Shown here: positions 49,939 to 62,493 of the stretch, piece by piece
Position numbering within the stretch: the stretch's first letter is position 1
Layout of the letters: the number at the start of each line of letters is the position of its first letter
Source: Raja brachyura
Lineage: Eukaryota
Assembly (NCBI GenBank): GCA_963514005.1
Contig: OY740807.1
Coordinates: 2,046,001 to 2,110,000 of the forward strand
DNA: 64,000 nucleotides
Direction: 5' to 3'
Program-made: the position numbers and the translations under genes
Notes under the pieces: generated by a model
What the model saw: only the letters and a program-made list of their open reading frames with translations
Database searches by the model: none
What the model was told of the DNA's origin: nothing

Positions 49939-50169
49939 CACGCCACCCCCGCTGGGCCCACGCCACCCCCGCTGGACCCCCGCTGGGCTCACGCCACCCC
50001 CGCTGGACCCCCCCTGGGCTCACGCCACCCCCGCTGGGCTCACGCCACCCCCGCTGGACCCCCCCTGGGCTCACGCCACCCCCGCTGGGCTCACGCCACC
50101 CCCGCTGGGCTCACGCCACCCCCGCTGGGCTCACGCCACCCCCGCTGGACCCTCGCTGGACCCTCGCTG
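49939..50169 (+). repeat. GC-rich minisatellite, about 9 units of CACGCCACCCCCGCTGG(GCT / ACCCCCCTGGGCT)
   Basis: About 20- and 30-bp variant units counted directly. Confidence 0.92.
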
Positions 50170-50389
50170 ACTCTCTCCCCTCTTTTTTAGAAGGTACACA
50201 AAAATGCTGGAGAAACTCAGCGGGTGCAGCAGCATCTATGAAGCGAATGAAATAGACAACGTTTCGGCCGAAACCCTTCTTCAGACACTTTCTCTTTTTT
50301 ATCTCTTTTTTAGACACTTGCAGATATAGTTGAGTCTCCAAGTGACCAAATCTCCCTTTGTCCTGAACTTGGTCCGCATAAGGTAAGAA

Positions 50390-50820
50390 GGGGGAGAGAG
50401 GAGGAGAGAGGGAGTTAGGGGGGGGGAGAGAATTAGGGAGAGAGTTAGGGGGAAGGAAAGAGAGAGGGGGGGGAGAGTGAGAGGGAGGGAAGAGAGATAT
50501 GGGCAGGGAAGAGGGAAGAGAGAGGGGGAGAGCGAGAGAAGGGGGCAAGAGGGGAGAGGTGAGGGGGTGAGAGAGAGAGGGGGAGAGAGAGGGTTAGAGG
50601 AAGAAGGGGGGAGAGAGGGGGAGTGTTAGAGTGCTCTCTCCGCCCCCCTATCTCTCCCCATCCCTACCTCTCCCCCTCCCTCCCTCTCCCACCCTCCTGG
50701 CTCTCCCCTCCCTCGCTCTCCCCTCCCTTCCTCTCCACCTTCCTCTGTCCCTCCCTCTCTATCCTTCATTCACTCTCTCTCTCTCCCTCTCTCCGTTCCT
50801 GTCACCCTCTCTCCCACTCG
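50390..50820. repeat. Polypurine tract followed by polypyrimidine tract (low complexity)
   Basis: GA-rich 50390-50622, CT-rich 50634-50818. Confidence 0.85.
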
Positions 50821-50941
50821 AGATACACAACTGTACATTAAAACTACATTATTTACTGTTCTTCCAAATAAAGTTAAAGCGTTTTTTATACTTTGTGGAA
50901 AACTCGATATTTTAATCTTGTTCTTCAACCATTTTAGTCGG

Positions 50942-51241
50942 GTTTAGTTTTCAGATACAGCGTGGAAACAGGCCCTTCGGCCCACCGAGTCCGTGCTGAC
51001 CAGCGATCCCCGCACACTAACACTATCCTACACACATGAGGGACAATTTACAATCTTTACCGAAGCCAAATAACTGACAAACCCGCACGTCTTTGGAGTG
51101 CGGGAGGAAACCGGGGCACCCGGAGAAAACCCACGCAGATCACGGGGAGAACGTGCAAACTCCATACAGACAGCACCCGTAGTCAGGATCAAACATGGGT
51201 CTCTGGTGCTGTGAGATAAGATCTCTGCCGCTGAGCCACCC
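50942..51241 (-). mobile_element. HE1-like V-SINE
   Basis: ggaaacaggcccttcggcccaccgagtcc tail, cgggaggaaaccgg core, tRNA-like head at 51180-51241. Confidence 0.85.
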
Positions 51242-51972
51242 AGTAGAGGGTGGGAGTGAAGGAGGGGGAGAGGGAGAAACTAGAGAGAGGGAGGGAGAAG
51301 GAGAGACGGAGGGAGGGAGGGAGGAGAGAGAGAGAGAGAGAGAGAGAGAGCCAGGACAGAGGGAGCACTGCACTGTCGTGAAGGTGAATACTTCCTCATC
51401 TCTCACCCTTCCCCCCCCCCCCCTCCACTCGACCTTGCCCATGCCAACCCAGTTGACATTTATTGGTTGGCCCAAAATTTGCCGATATTTGGGCCAAATC
51501 CTCTCTCATTTCTCCAGTACACATTCCTGTCCACAAAACCCAGCTAGTAGTGGAGTCGTACAGCGTGGAACAGGCCCTTTAGCCCAACTTGCCCATGCTG
51601 GCGAACATGCACCATCTACACTAGTCCCACATGCCCGCGTTTAGGATTTGAAATCCTTCTCAAAATCCACTCTCCCCTCCCTCTCCCCATCTCCCCCCTC
51701 CCTCTCCCCTCTCTCTCTAACACAATACTAACCGTCCGCCCTCCTCCCTCGCTCTCTCACAATACTGATTCCGGTCTTGACCTGAAATGTCACCCATTCC
51801 TTCTCTCCAGAGATGCTACCTGTTCCACTGAGTTACTCCAGCTTTTTGTGTCTATCTTCGAGGAAACAATTCTCCGCTTCACACTCTCTCCCTTTCACTC
51901 TCTCCTGGAGGGAGGGCAGGCGTTCAAACTGGAACAAAAATACAACAACAATCCCATCTAACGCTGGAAGAT

Positions 51973-53291
51973 CAGGGCCGGATTTACGTATAAGCTTCAC
52001 AAGCTGAAGCTTAGGGCCTCGAGATCTAGGAGGGCCTCGGCAGGGCATGATTTACCTACAGGCTTCATAGGCTGAAGCCTCGGGCCTCAAAATCTAGGGG
52101 GCCTCCGGCCAAGGTGTTGTTTTCCCAGAGTAAAAAAAATCCAGCAAAAAATACTGCGCAGTTCGGGGAAACCGGTGACGCAGTTGCGACGCAAAATGAC
52201 GCTGTCTCTCCGCGCATGCGAAGTGGGCCCGGGCGGGTTCAGATCTCCATTTGCACTCCACACAATCACCTCGATGCCTCATGTCTACTCCACGTAAGTA
52301 GTGGAATATTGCGTTGCGTGAGTGCCCGTTTCGCTGGGCCGGGGGGGGGGGGGGGGGGTCTGCAGTGCGGAGTCGGAGTCGGAGCCTCGCGGCGTGGGAG
52401 GGATAGAGAGGGGGAGGGGGAGAGAGAGAGGGGGGGATTTGAGAGGGGGAAAGGGGGTTTGAGACAGAAGGGAAGAGGGAGGGAGGGGAGGGGGAGAGAG
52501 AAACATAGAAACATAGAAACATAGAAAATAGGTGCAGGAGGAGGCCATTCGGCCCTTCGAGCCAGCACCGCCATTCATTGTGATCGTCCCCTATCAATAA
52601 CCCGTGACTGCCTTCTTCCCATATCCCTTGACTCCACTAGAGAGAGAAAGGGGGGGAGGGGGAAGAGGGAAAGAGGATTATTTTTTATGAGATTGCAAAA
52701 TTAAGGTAGGTTTTAGAGCAATTATATTTTCTCCTCCATATGAATAATATCAAACAATCGTAACTATGTTTCTATGTTTCTCTCTCCCTCTCCCTTTCTT
52801 TTCCTTCATAACAATACTGAAAAATATGTATTCTATATTTTGCATCATATTTTTAATGTGCACACACTAACACAGTCGAACAGTAACAGGCAATCAAATC
52901 AACACACAAAATATTTTCTAAAAAAGGTTTTATTTACTGCAAAAACTTACAGTATTTTATTTGCAGTTTGCATGCTCCTTTATAAAATTTTACACAACAT
53001 TTTACAGTACAACTTGATTATTAAAACAAGGACAGCTTCAATTATTGATTTAAAAAAATGTATGACCACAATCATCAAAGACCCCAATCATCCCATTCCA
53101 ACCACTCATTACTGTTGACTCAGCCAAAAATATTTCTGAAATATTGGTCATAAATTTGGTGCAAATATGCTCCAAAATAAGCAATGCGCCAGAGAGCATC
53201 TAAAACCACAGAGCAAGGGTCTTTGAGCTTGGCGTTTGTGACATGTGCTGCATTCACTTATTTCACATTAAATGTTTGTAATCCTGCCATG
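51973..53291 (+). mobile_element. Possible non-autonomous hAT-like element with a tandemly duplicated left end
   Basis: Starts CAGGGCCGGATTTA, repeated in degenerate form at 52040; weak right end taatcctgccatg; no 8-bp TSD found. Confidence 0.35.
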
Positions 53292-53324
53292 CCATCCCCC
53301 TTTTTGAAAAGCTTCGTACGGGCC

Positions 53325-53925
53325 TGTATAATGTAGATACATGTGAGGTTATCTACTTTGGCGGCAAGACCAAGGTGGCAGATTATTATCTCAATGGTTT
53401 CAGATTCGGAAAAAGGGAAGTGCAATGAGACCTGGGTGTCCTTGTACACCAGTCACTGAAAGTAAACATGCAAGTACAGCAGGCAGTGAAGAAAGCTAAT
53501 GGCATGCTGGGGTTCATAACAAGAGGATTTGAGTATAGGAGTAAAGAGATCCTTCTGCAGTCGTGCAGGGCCCTGGTGAGACCACATCTGGAATATAGTG
53601 TGCAGTTTTGGTCTCCTAATTTGAAGAAGGACATCCTTGCTATTGAGGCAGTGCAGCAGAGGTTCACGAGGTTAATCCCCGGGATGGCAGGACTGCCATA
53701 TGAGGAAAGGTTGGAAAGACTGGGCTTGTATTCACTGGAATTTAGAAAGATAAGTGAGGATCTTATAGAAACGTAAACAGTTATGAAAGGACTGGACAAG
53801 CTAGCTGCAGGAAAAATGTTCCCAATGTTGGGGGAGACCAGAACCAGGGCCCACAGTCTAAGAATAAAGGGGAGGTAATTGAAAACCGAGATAAGAAAAC
53901 ACTTTTTCACCCATAGAGTTGTGTT
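53325..53925 (+). mobile_element. CR1 3' region fragment
   Basis: ORF 53468..53776 QVQQAVKKANGML..VRPHLEYSVQFWSP. Confidence 0.88.
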
Positions 53926-53928
53926 TCT

Positions 53929-54661
53929 TTTTTTTAATTTTTATTTTTTTTTATTTTTATTAGAAGCATATACATATCATAACTAAAACACAATTTGTTT
54001 CCAGTTACATATTAACACAGCTTCTGTTTATTTTTAATAGATTTTTTTGAAAGAGAGCTATAGAGAGAAGGGAGGGAGAAAAAAGAAAAAAGAAAAAAAG
54101 TACCAATAACACAATTTTGGAGATAGATCCGTAGATTATAAAGTGTAATTATTCATCCAATCCTGGATTCAGGTTTCAGTCAAGTTTCCGTGTTGAACTA
54201 ATTTACGCTTTCAGAAAATCAATAAATGGAGACCATATTCTAGCAAATAATTCTGATTTGTCAATTAGGACAAGTCAATTTTTTTCCAAATGTAGGGTCT
54301 CAGATATTCCAATAATCCACATTTTAATTGTGGGGGGGTTTGTGTTTTTCTAAAATTTTAATATTAATTTTTCCCCAATTATTATACTATAATCAAGGAA
54401 ATTTCTTTAGTTTATTGTAAGTTTTATTCTTTGTTCTGATATTCCTAATATTATTAGTTTTGGATCAGGATCCAATTGGATATTAACAAACCAGAAATAA
54501 TTTTTAAAATATCCATCCAGAAATTTTTAATTTTTGTACAGTTTACAAAAGTACGAGTTAAATTAGCTTCTAAATATTGACATTTGTCATAGATAGGAGA
54601 GATATTTAGAAAAATTCTGTTTAATTTTGTTTTAGAATGTTGTGTTTTGTTTTAGAATGTC
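53929..54661 (-). mobile_element. 5'-truncated L1 with poly(A) and 15-bp TSD
   Basis: TSD TAGAGTTGTGTTTCT at 53914-53928 and 54662-54676; T-rich tail 53929-53960; body resembles the 3' end of the L1 at 26516-28700. Confidence 0.85.
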
Positions 54662-54912
54662 TAGAGTTGTGTTTCTATGGCTCAGGCACTCAACTATTGG
54701 CAACATCCTCGTAAATCTTCTCTGCATTATTTTGAGCTTAATGACATCCTTCTTATACCAGGGTGACCAAAACTGAACTCAATACTCTAAATATGGACTC
54801 ACCAACGCCTTATACAACTGTAACATAACATCCCAACTTCTAAATACCCTGACCGATGAAAGCCAATGTACCAAGAGCCTTCTTGACACCCTGTCTACTT
54901 GTGACATCACTT

Positions 54913-55871
54913 GTAGGTATGTTGCAAAACTTACCTTTAGCGGCGCTGCAGTTCTGCCGCTCCCCGTGTGCGCGACTTTGGCGCCTTTCAGAGGGGGGCG
55001 GGCTTAAAGTGCCGTTTTTCAACAGACTGGGATAATCGATGAATGTCGGTCGATTTAGAAAAATCGCTCCGACATTTCATCAATGAAGGTATTTTTAAAT
55101 TACTCTAGATTATTTATTAACTAGAGTAATTTAAAAATCACCTTCAAAAGCCGTGAGCACCATTAAAAGTTGGTTTTTCGGGAGCCTTTAATATTATTTT
55201 TATGTTGCGAAATGGGGTCCCAAAAAATGTATGAACAAACAGTATTTTCCCCCCCCGACTTCACCGCTAACCGCAACGTTCCAATCCACCGCATTCCACT
55301 AAAACCCACTCGCTAGCTGATTTAAATGGCCATTAATTTACAGGCATGAAACACTAAATTCCTTCTATTTGGCCCAGAAATTCATGAAAATGAGATTTAA
55401 AAATTATGTTATATTGTGGAATATTGTGTGAATGTTATTTGGACACTTAGGCAATTTAAAAAAAGTTTATATTTTCTTAAGAAATGGATAGATGTTTAGA
55501 TCTACTCATTTAATTTTATAATTAGCTACAATTAGATAACTAACTAATTATATCCTTTAATTTCAAGTAAGATTGTTTAATATTTGTTTCAGAATGCTTC
55601 AATCTATAATAACTGAAAATTTCATTGAGTTCTCTTAATTTTTAAGAATGTTATGGGCTTTTAACTTTTCCAGATCACAGCTTTTGAGTTGTCAATTGAA
55701 AGGCAAATTAGCAAGATGCTAATTTTCGAGTATGAAAATGGCCATAACTTTCTTAATACTGAAGATATGAAAGTAAATTAGGTGTCAAATTAAACTTATT
55801 TTTATTCTTTATCTGATGGGATAAATTGCAGACTTGATTTTTTAAATCTCAAAATTTTGTAACATTGCTAC
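54913..55871. mobile_element. 959-bp non-autonomous TIR DNA element inserted in a CR1 fragment
   Basis: TIRs GTAGGTATGTTGCAAAA / TTTTGTAACATTGCTAC (14/17); CR1 sequence cactt|tttcaggga resumes on both sides. Confidence 0.7.
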
Positions 55872-56089
55872 TTTCAGGGAGGTTTGTACCTGCACTGCTA
55901 GATCCCTCTGCTCTCCATCACTCCCCAACGCCCAGCCATTCACATACTTATCTCCATTAGCTTTTCTTCATCCCACATGCCCTGCTGATCAAATGCTGCT
56001 GTCATTTTTGATAACTATCTTCGCTATCTACAATACCACCCACTTCAGTGTCATGAATAGAAATTTCCCAACAGTATCTACTCTGGAGA

Positions 56090-56812
56090 AGGGCATGGAA
56101 GTTAAGCAGTTCGAGGAAATGAAGAGTAAAGTATATGAACAAATCCATATATCACAAGCGGATAGACTGACATCAAAAGAGGAGGTTAAACCTTAAAGCA
56201 TATTAAGGTTGATAAATCCCTGGGGTTTGATCAAATGTATCCACGAATATTGTGGGAATTAAGATCAGGAATTACAGGGGCCCTGGCAGATATATTTCCA
56301 GTATCTTTAGCCACAGGAGGTACGGAAAGAGGATAGCTCATGTTGTACTGTTATTTACGAACAGCTGCAAGAGCAAGCCAGGAAATTACAAGCCAGTGAG
56401 ACTTACATCAGTGGTAGACAAAAGTGCTGGAGAAACTCAGTGGGTGCAGCAGCATATATGGAGCGAAGGAAATAGGCAATGTTTCGGGCTGAAACCCTTT
56501 TTCAGACTGATGGAGGATGGGGGGGAGAGCGGGGAGAAGAAAGGAAAAAGGAGGAGGAGCCCGAGGGCTGAGGGAGTGCTAGGAAGGGGAGTAGACAGCA
56601 AGGGCTAATGGAATTGGGAGAATTCAATGTTCAGGCCACCGGGATGCAGACTGCCCAAGCGGAATATGAGGTGCTGTTCCTCCAATTTCCAGTGTTGCTC
56701 ACTCTGGCCATGGAGGAGGCCCAGGACAGAGAGGTCGGATACGGAATGAGAGGGGGAGTTGAAGTGCTGAGCCACCGGGAGATCAGGTTGGATAATGCGG
56801 ACCGAGCGGAGG
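56090..56812. mobile_element. CR1 fragment (56090-56413, +) abutting a Penelope 3' end (56414-56812, -)
   Basis: KSKPGNYKPVRLTSVV; LPVAQHFNSPSH..LEEQHLIFRLG..P.GLNIEF. Confidence 0.8.
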
Positions 56813-57404
56813 TCAATTGTGGGAAAGGTAGGAATGGTGGGAATGTTATTGGTCAATGGTGGGAAATTTATTGGAGAGGGACAATACCAACCAAAGCAGT
56901 CACAGACTGCAAGACTTGGTTGGTCAGGCAGATAATGTTTAATGCACAGATATGTAAGGTGAGGCACCTTGGTAGGAAGGAACGGAAGGGAAACAAGGTG
57001 ACAAAAGGTCACGGATCTACAGGTTGTGCGGGAACATGGGAGCTGAGTATTCCTCTGTATCCATATCGGAGAGTGGCAGGGCATGTGGAATGAGTGGGGA
57101 ATAAAATACATTGCATCCTTGGATTGTTAAACAGAGATCTGAGACAGAAGCAGGGAGGTAGTGGAGCATTCTAACACAATGGCGGGCCACAGCTGGAGTG
57201 TAACACCATTTCGGCTCTCTCACGTCAGGCCTAATGTAAACACAGCTGTGCTTACAAACCTGTTGTATTTGCAAGTAAGATTGTCATTGTTCTGTTTCAG
57301 TACATATGATAACAAAACACTTTGACATCCCTGAAATCATTTCCGGGAATATTCTTTACTCCCCTCTGCGATGTCCTCAGCCTTTCTGAAGTGAGAACCT
57401 GTCG

Positions 57405-58024
57405 TTATGTACTAAGCAAGTGTGTCCCACTGGTACAGTTCTGTGGCTGTGCGAGTATTTGTGCACTCGTCCTGTCACAGAATGACCAGTAATGACAGAG
57501 TAACCAGTAATGGCTTGAGAAATTCAAACCAGTTTTCTGTGAACCTTATAATAACCAGGGTGGACAACGTTAGTTCCTTTTAAAAAAGGTCAAACCTCTG
57601 TACACTGACACTGTATTACATGCACGCCGAGCTGCTAGAGCACAGCACTGGCCAGTGAGAATGCAGACCAATATAACACTCAGCTCTCTAATATAAGGAC
57701 AGAGATTAACACGACACAACACTTATGATCCAGAGCTGGACAATTCCATCACTGCACTGAAACTCTGTCCGACAAACATCATTGGCACTGTACTGCAAGG
57801 ACACGCACCTTTACAACAACCAACACTGTCTATAAGGGCATAGATTGTAACAAGAGCAGTCGGATAATTAAGTGATTAAAAAACTGTAAATACTGAAAAC
57901 CTAAATTAAAAACAGAAGGTAGTGGAAATTCTCAGCTGGTCAGCCAGCAGCATTTTCTGGTTTCACTTTAATACATGCACAGCCGCAGAACTGTAGCAGT
58001 GGAACACACTTGCTTTGTACATAA
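57405..58024. repeat. MITE-like unit bounded by about 55-bp inverted repeats; third repeat copy at 58059-58109
   Basis: 57409-57459 vs 57970-58020 are 45/51 identical in inverted orientation, flanked by ttat/ataa. Confidence 0.55.
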
Positions 58025-58504
58025 TAATACTCACTGTAAATTATCTGCCATTGTGTGCGTACCAATCAAGTCTGTCCAACTGATAGAGTTCTGTGGTTGT
58101 CCATGTATTTGTGCCTTCACATACTTATAGTGAACTGACAGGAAACATTAACACAGTCGCTAGACTGTTCTGCAAGGCCACATGCTAGGAAAATACAAAA
58201 CTGTATACGCCAAGGACACTGAGCTGATGCAACAAGGCACCATAATGTCAGGACACAGATTCCAACAACCCCAGTGCTGCTCTGCAGGACCACACATTCT
58301 CAGCACTGACCCTTTTTCTGCACAGGTGAATCTCTGGTATTTTCTACCCTGCTGTGGACTAGATCATTGGAGAGATTTAAAACAGGAAATAAGTCATAGA
58401 GTCATTGAGTGATACAGTGTGGAAACAGGGCGTTCAGCTCAACTTGCCAACAGCGACCAACATGTCCCAGCTACATTAGGCCCACTTGCCTACGCTTAGT
58501 TCAT

Positions 58505-58802
58505 ATCCCGCCATTCATTGTGATCATGGCTAATCGTCCGCTATCAATAACCCGTGCCTGCCTTCTCCCCATATCCCTTGACTCCACTAGCCCCAAGAGC
58601 TCTATCCAACTCTCTCTTAAATCCATCCAGTGCTTTGGCCTCCACTGCCCTCTGTGCCAGGGAAATCCATAAATTCACAACTCTCTGGGTAAAAAAGTTT
58701 TTTCTCAGCTCAGTCTTAAATGACCTCCCATTTATTCTAAGACTGTGCCCCAGGTTCTGGACTCACCCAATATTGGGAACATTTTTCCTGCATCTAGCTT
58801 GG
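58505..58802 (-). mobile_element. CR1 3' end fragment
   Basis: ccgccattcattgtgatcatgg... matches other CR1 3' ends in the window. Confidence 0.85.
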
Positions 58803-58807
58803 ATGTC

Positions 58808-61224
58808 TTTAGATGGATGCAGATAAACAATTCATATGATCATGCAATGGATGAATTTCTTTTGTTACTGGTTGTGTCAACAGATTGTCGCAACTGGGAT
58901 TTGTCATACATGGTTCAACAATCATTTTAAGCATCAATGGGAACCATGACTGCATAGGCCCATTTTGGCACCACCAATAATGCCTTTGGCAGCATCTTGC
59001 GCTATTTCCTTGGGACATTGCCCAATCAGACAGAATGGGGAAAAGCATAAAAACGTATTCCCCCAGTGTAGCGAGAAAGCATCCACCGCTACTGCCCCTG
59101 GATCGTGTTCCCAAGACACGTATTTGGGCAATTGGTGATTCAATCTAGATGCAAACAGATCAATGTACGGTACTCCATACCGACTGACAATATTTTTGAA
59201 AATTTGTGGATAACATCCATTCTGTATTGTCTTTAAATATTCATGATCTTTTGTCTGCCACAACATTGTCTCTTCCTGGGAGATAAATAGCTGAACCAAA
59301 TATTTTTTCCAATACACCATTGCCACATCTGGTTACCAGATGATCACATGATCTGACACCACCCATGTGATTGATATATGCCACAGTTGTGGTATTGTCT
59401 ATTTGTGTATGGACATGTAAATCTTTAATGTAGAACAATAAGCTTTTAATCCATAAATGCTCCCAGGAGCTCCAAATAATTAATACCATATGTTTGGAGC
59501 AAAAAATCCTCTTGGACAGCCCATCTGCCCCCGCAGCTGGTCTCATAATCCGTCCCCCCCCCCATCCGAGAGAACTTGCATCAGTTTGCAAAACACTACT
59601 GGCTGACGACCAAATGTTCTAAGCAGCTTGTGGAACATTCTCAATCCACCAATGTAATTCTGATAAATTTCCTTTGGCAATTGCATTGGCCTATCAAATG
59701 GCCTGCTCGCTGAATAAGCGCTTGAGTTTTTGCCCTTTGAAGATTTTGGTAATGCAGAGGGCCAAAATCCACTGCTGGAGATGCTGCTACCAATTTCCCA
59801 ATAGCCTTGGCACTACTTGGATGGAGGGATAAGGTTTGTTAATCAGGTTCTGACACACATTTGTCAATCTATCACCTTATCCATTGGTAAAGTTACCAAC
59901 GTGGTAACTGAATAAATCACAAACCCCAGATATTCCATGGTTTGGGATAGCTGCAACTTAGATTTTGTTGGATAAATCAGGAACCCAACTTCTCAAACAG
60001 GCTTGTAGTTGCTGAGACTGATTTTCAGCTGACTCCTGATTAGCATAAACAATTAATGTCATCTAGATAAGCCATAACGATGTGTTTTGTGCCCTTTGTG
60101 CAAGTGCTGGCTTCAACAATAAAGTGAACAATCTAGGTGCTGAATTAGCATCTAGTTGCCCAATTGACCCATTAGGTAATGCTTGTATTGCCACAGCTGT
60201 CCCATCCATAAGACTTTAATTACCTGCGAAACTATGGTGAATTGGGACCAAAAAATATGCATCCTTCAATCTATTGTAGCCATATAACATCCTGTTGATA
60301 CCAGCTGCATTGCAGTGTTGAATGTGTCCATTTTAAATGTTTACTGGACAAATGTATTCAATTGTGTGAGATCTAAAATGATTCTACAACCCCCATCTTT
60401 CTTCGGTCTGGGGAAAATATTTGATACAATTGTTGTGGATCCTCTCCTGTTTTCTCAATAACTCCTTTCTCACACAAATTCTTAACCTCTTTGTCAATTT
60501 GAATTCTTTCAAGAACTGAAACATCAAAGAATGATTAGGCTTATTGTGTCCCAATGGATCCATACCTCCCATTCATTATAAAACATTCGGAGTCTACCAC
60601 CAATCTGAGGTTCATCCAAACATCCTTCTTTAATAGGATAAAGTTTTTGTACCTCTCCAACTGGACAAAATGATCTCCTTTCCCAATAAATGGGTGTACA
60701 TTCGGCTGTGCTGGCTGGTAATTCTTCCTTATCATACTCCTGCCTCGGCTCGTTCCAGCTCCAAAATCAAATCCCCTTCTCATATGACCAGCCTTTCTGG
60801 CCAAAACTGAAGGGTTTCACAAGGCCAACAGTTTTTTCCCTCTTCATCCATTTCTTTAATTTGTTTAGACAGATTTCCTCCGAACAAATAACCAAGAGCT
60901 TGAACATTACTTGCCCTGTACAACCCTGAAAATCTTGGATGTAAAAGAGGCCGAATGGCAATCTTCCATTTTTTATATAATTTATCTCAAAAATGAGTTG
61001 CAGAATAAACCCAACATATGTTTATTCTGAACTTTGGTCATTCCACAACCTTCCAGCTTGTCTTCCAAAAGACAGTGATGCCAAAATTAGCTTGAGGATT
61101 CTTTGAATCGTAATTCCTGCGCCCGCATTATTGCTGACATTGGCGCCCAAAAAGCCGGATTCACCATAGGTACCTTCTTTGAGGTGTTTGGAACGCTTCA
61201 CGAATTTGCGTGTCATCCTTGCGC

Positions 61225-61275
<51 letters not shown>

Positions 61276-62152
61276 GAGCACTTTTACAATAAATAGGTGT
61301 TTAAATCCAAATCTGCTGTCTCAACCATAACAGCTTTTTTGAGGCAGGTGAGAGACCATATAATTAACATTGGCCGCCAGGTTTCCTTCCATGGCCTCAC
61401 CGCCTCCTCCAGGTATAGTAAACTTTGTGCCCCTCAGACACACCTGGATTTGTATTGTGGTGGATACTCCTGACCGCAATCACCACTTTCAGGGTCAGTC
61501 TCATACAGCCCTGGTACTCCTGAAACTTGTTCAAGGAGACTACCTCCAGCCCAATCCCAGGCACTGGAGTTTCAATTCCCAATTCAAACTGGCACCATAT
61601 TCATGATATGGAACCCCCTCAGGGGCTGCCTGGGAATATTCTGGGTACTTAGACCCTTGGTTGATTATTGTTTGGAGTATTTTCTCCATTAGATCCATTC
61701 TTAGCTAAAGGCTTTCCTTCAGGATCTTTCAGAAACCTCAGGCCTTTCAAGCTTCTTTCTTTTACATTTTAGGCACTGGGTTTTCAAAGTTTTTATTTGT
61801 GGAGCAACCAAAGGCTCACTAACGGGTATTTCAACGGCCACCGGTATCGGAACCGGCTCCGCAATAATCTGCTGTCCCGACTTTCTACACCCTGGGACGC
61901 ACGTTTTACCCGCGATTTTTTAAAACATTTTTATTTTTATTTTAACTCCTCCTGGTTTACCCACCAGCCTACGGAGTTTTTAGAAAACGCCCTGGAAGTA
62001 AAATAATTTTACTCACCTGCGGGCCGTTTTCTTACAGCTGTGTTGGAGCTGCGCTCTGCAGCTCTTCCTCTACCGATAGCGTCGACGTAATGCCGATCCA
62101 GCGCCAGGCGGGGCTTCTTCACGTAGTCACTTACATGACTCCGAAGTAAAAT
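58808..62152 (-). mobile_element. Decayed DIRS retrotransposon, left part (gag, RT, RNase H, methyltransferase-like domain); YR and right end missing
   Basis: Left terminus matches 40490-40528; MAYLDDI at about 60055-60075; QTDASSLGWG and IDNTTTVAYINHMGG (RNase H); IDLFASRLNHQLPKYVSW..DAFSLHW (MT). Confidence 0.88.
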
Positions 62153-62363
62153 CACATTTTTAGAGTAATTTATCCTTCAGATGAATTTATACATATGATT
62201 TCTTAGGATAGCTTCTAATGTACTGACTCCTGCAGCCACAAACATATTACTAGCACTACACCATCTAGGTTTACTTAGCAGTGTTCTCATGGCATCATTA
62301 CATGACACCTTTAGTCTCTGCAAATTTGTCTTTCCATAGTTCGACCACAGATGCGCAGTAAAG
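62153..62363 (-). mobile_element. Fragment of a CR1/L2-group LINE C-terminus (non-CR1 family)
   Basis: HLWSNY..LQRLKVSCNDAMRTLL..PRWCSASNMFV...LRNHMYKFI in ORF 62177..62833. Confidence 0.5.
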
Positions 62364-62364
62364 A

Positions 62365-62493
62365 GCCGTTTTCTTACAGCTGTGTTGGAGCTGCGCTCTG
62401 CAGCTCTTCCTCTCCCGATAGCGTCGACGTAATGCCGATCCAGCGCCAGGCGGGGCTTCTTCACGTAGTCACTCACGTGACTCCGAAGTAAAA
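62365..62493 (-). repeat. Second copy of the DIRS left terminus (direct repeat of 62023-62151)
   Basis: 129 bp, 3 mismatches. Confidence 0.92.

Noticed and set aside
49754-50255. Pro-rich repetitive ORFs; CRISPR-like appearance of the repeat
   Set aside because: These are translations of a tandem minisatellite; there are no unique spacers or cas genes, and the DNA is eukaryotic.
58035-58135. Possible minus-strand exon (HYKYVKAQ...) with AG/GT boundaries
   Set aside because: It overlaps the 51-bp repeat, whose other copy has an in-frame stop; no recognisable protein or partner exons.
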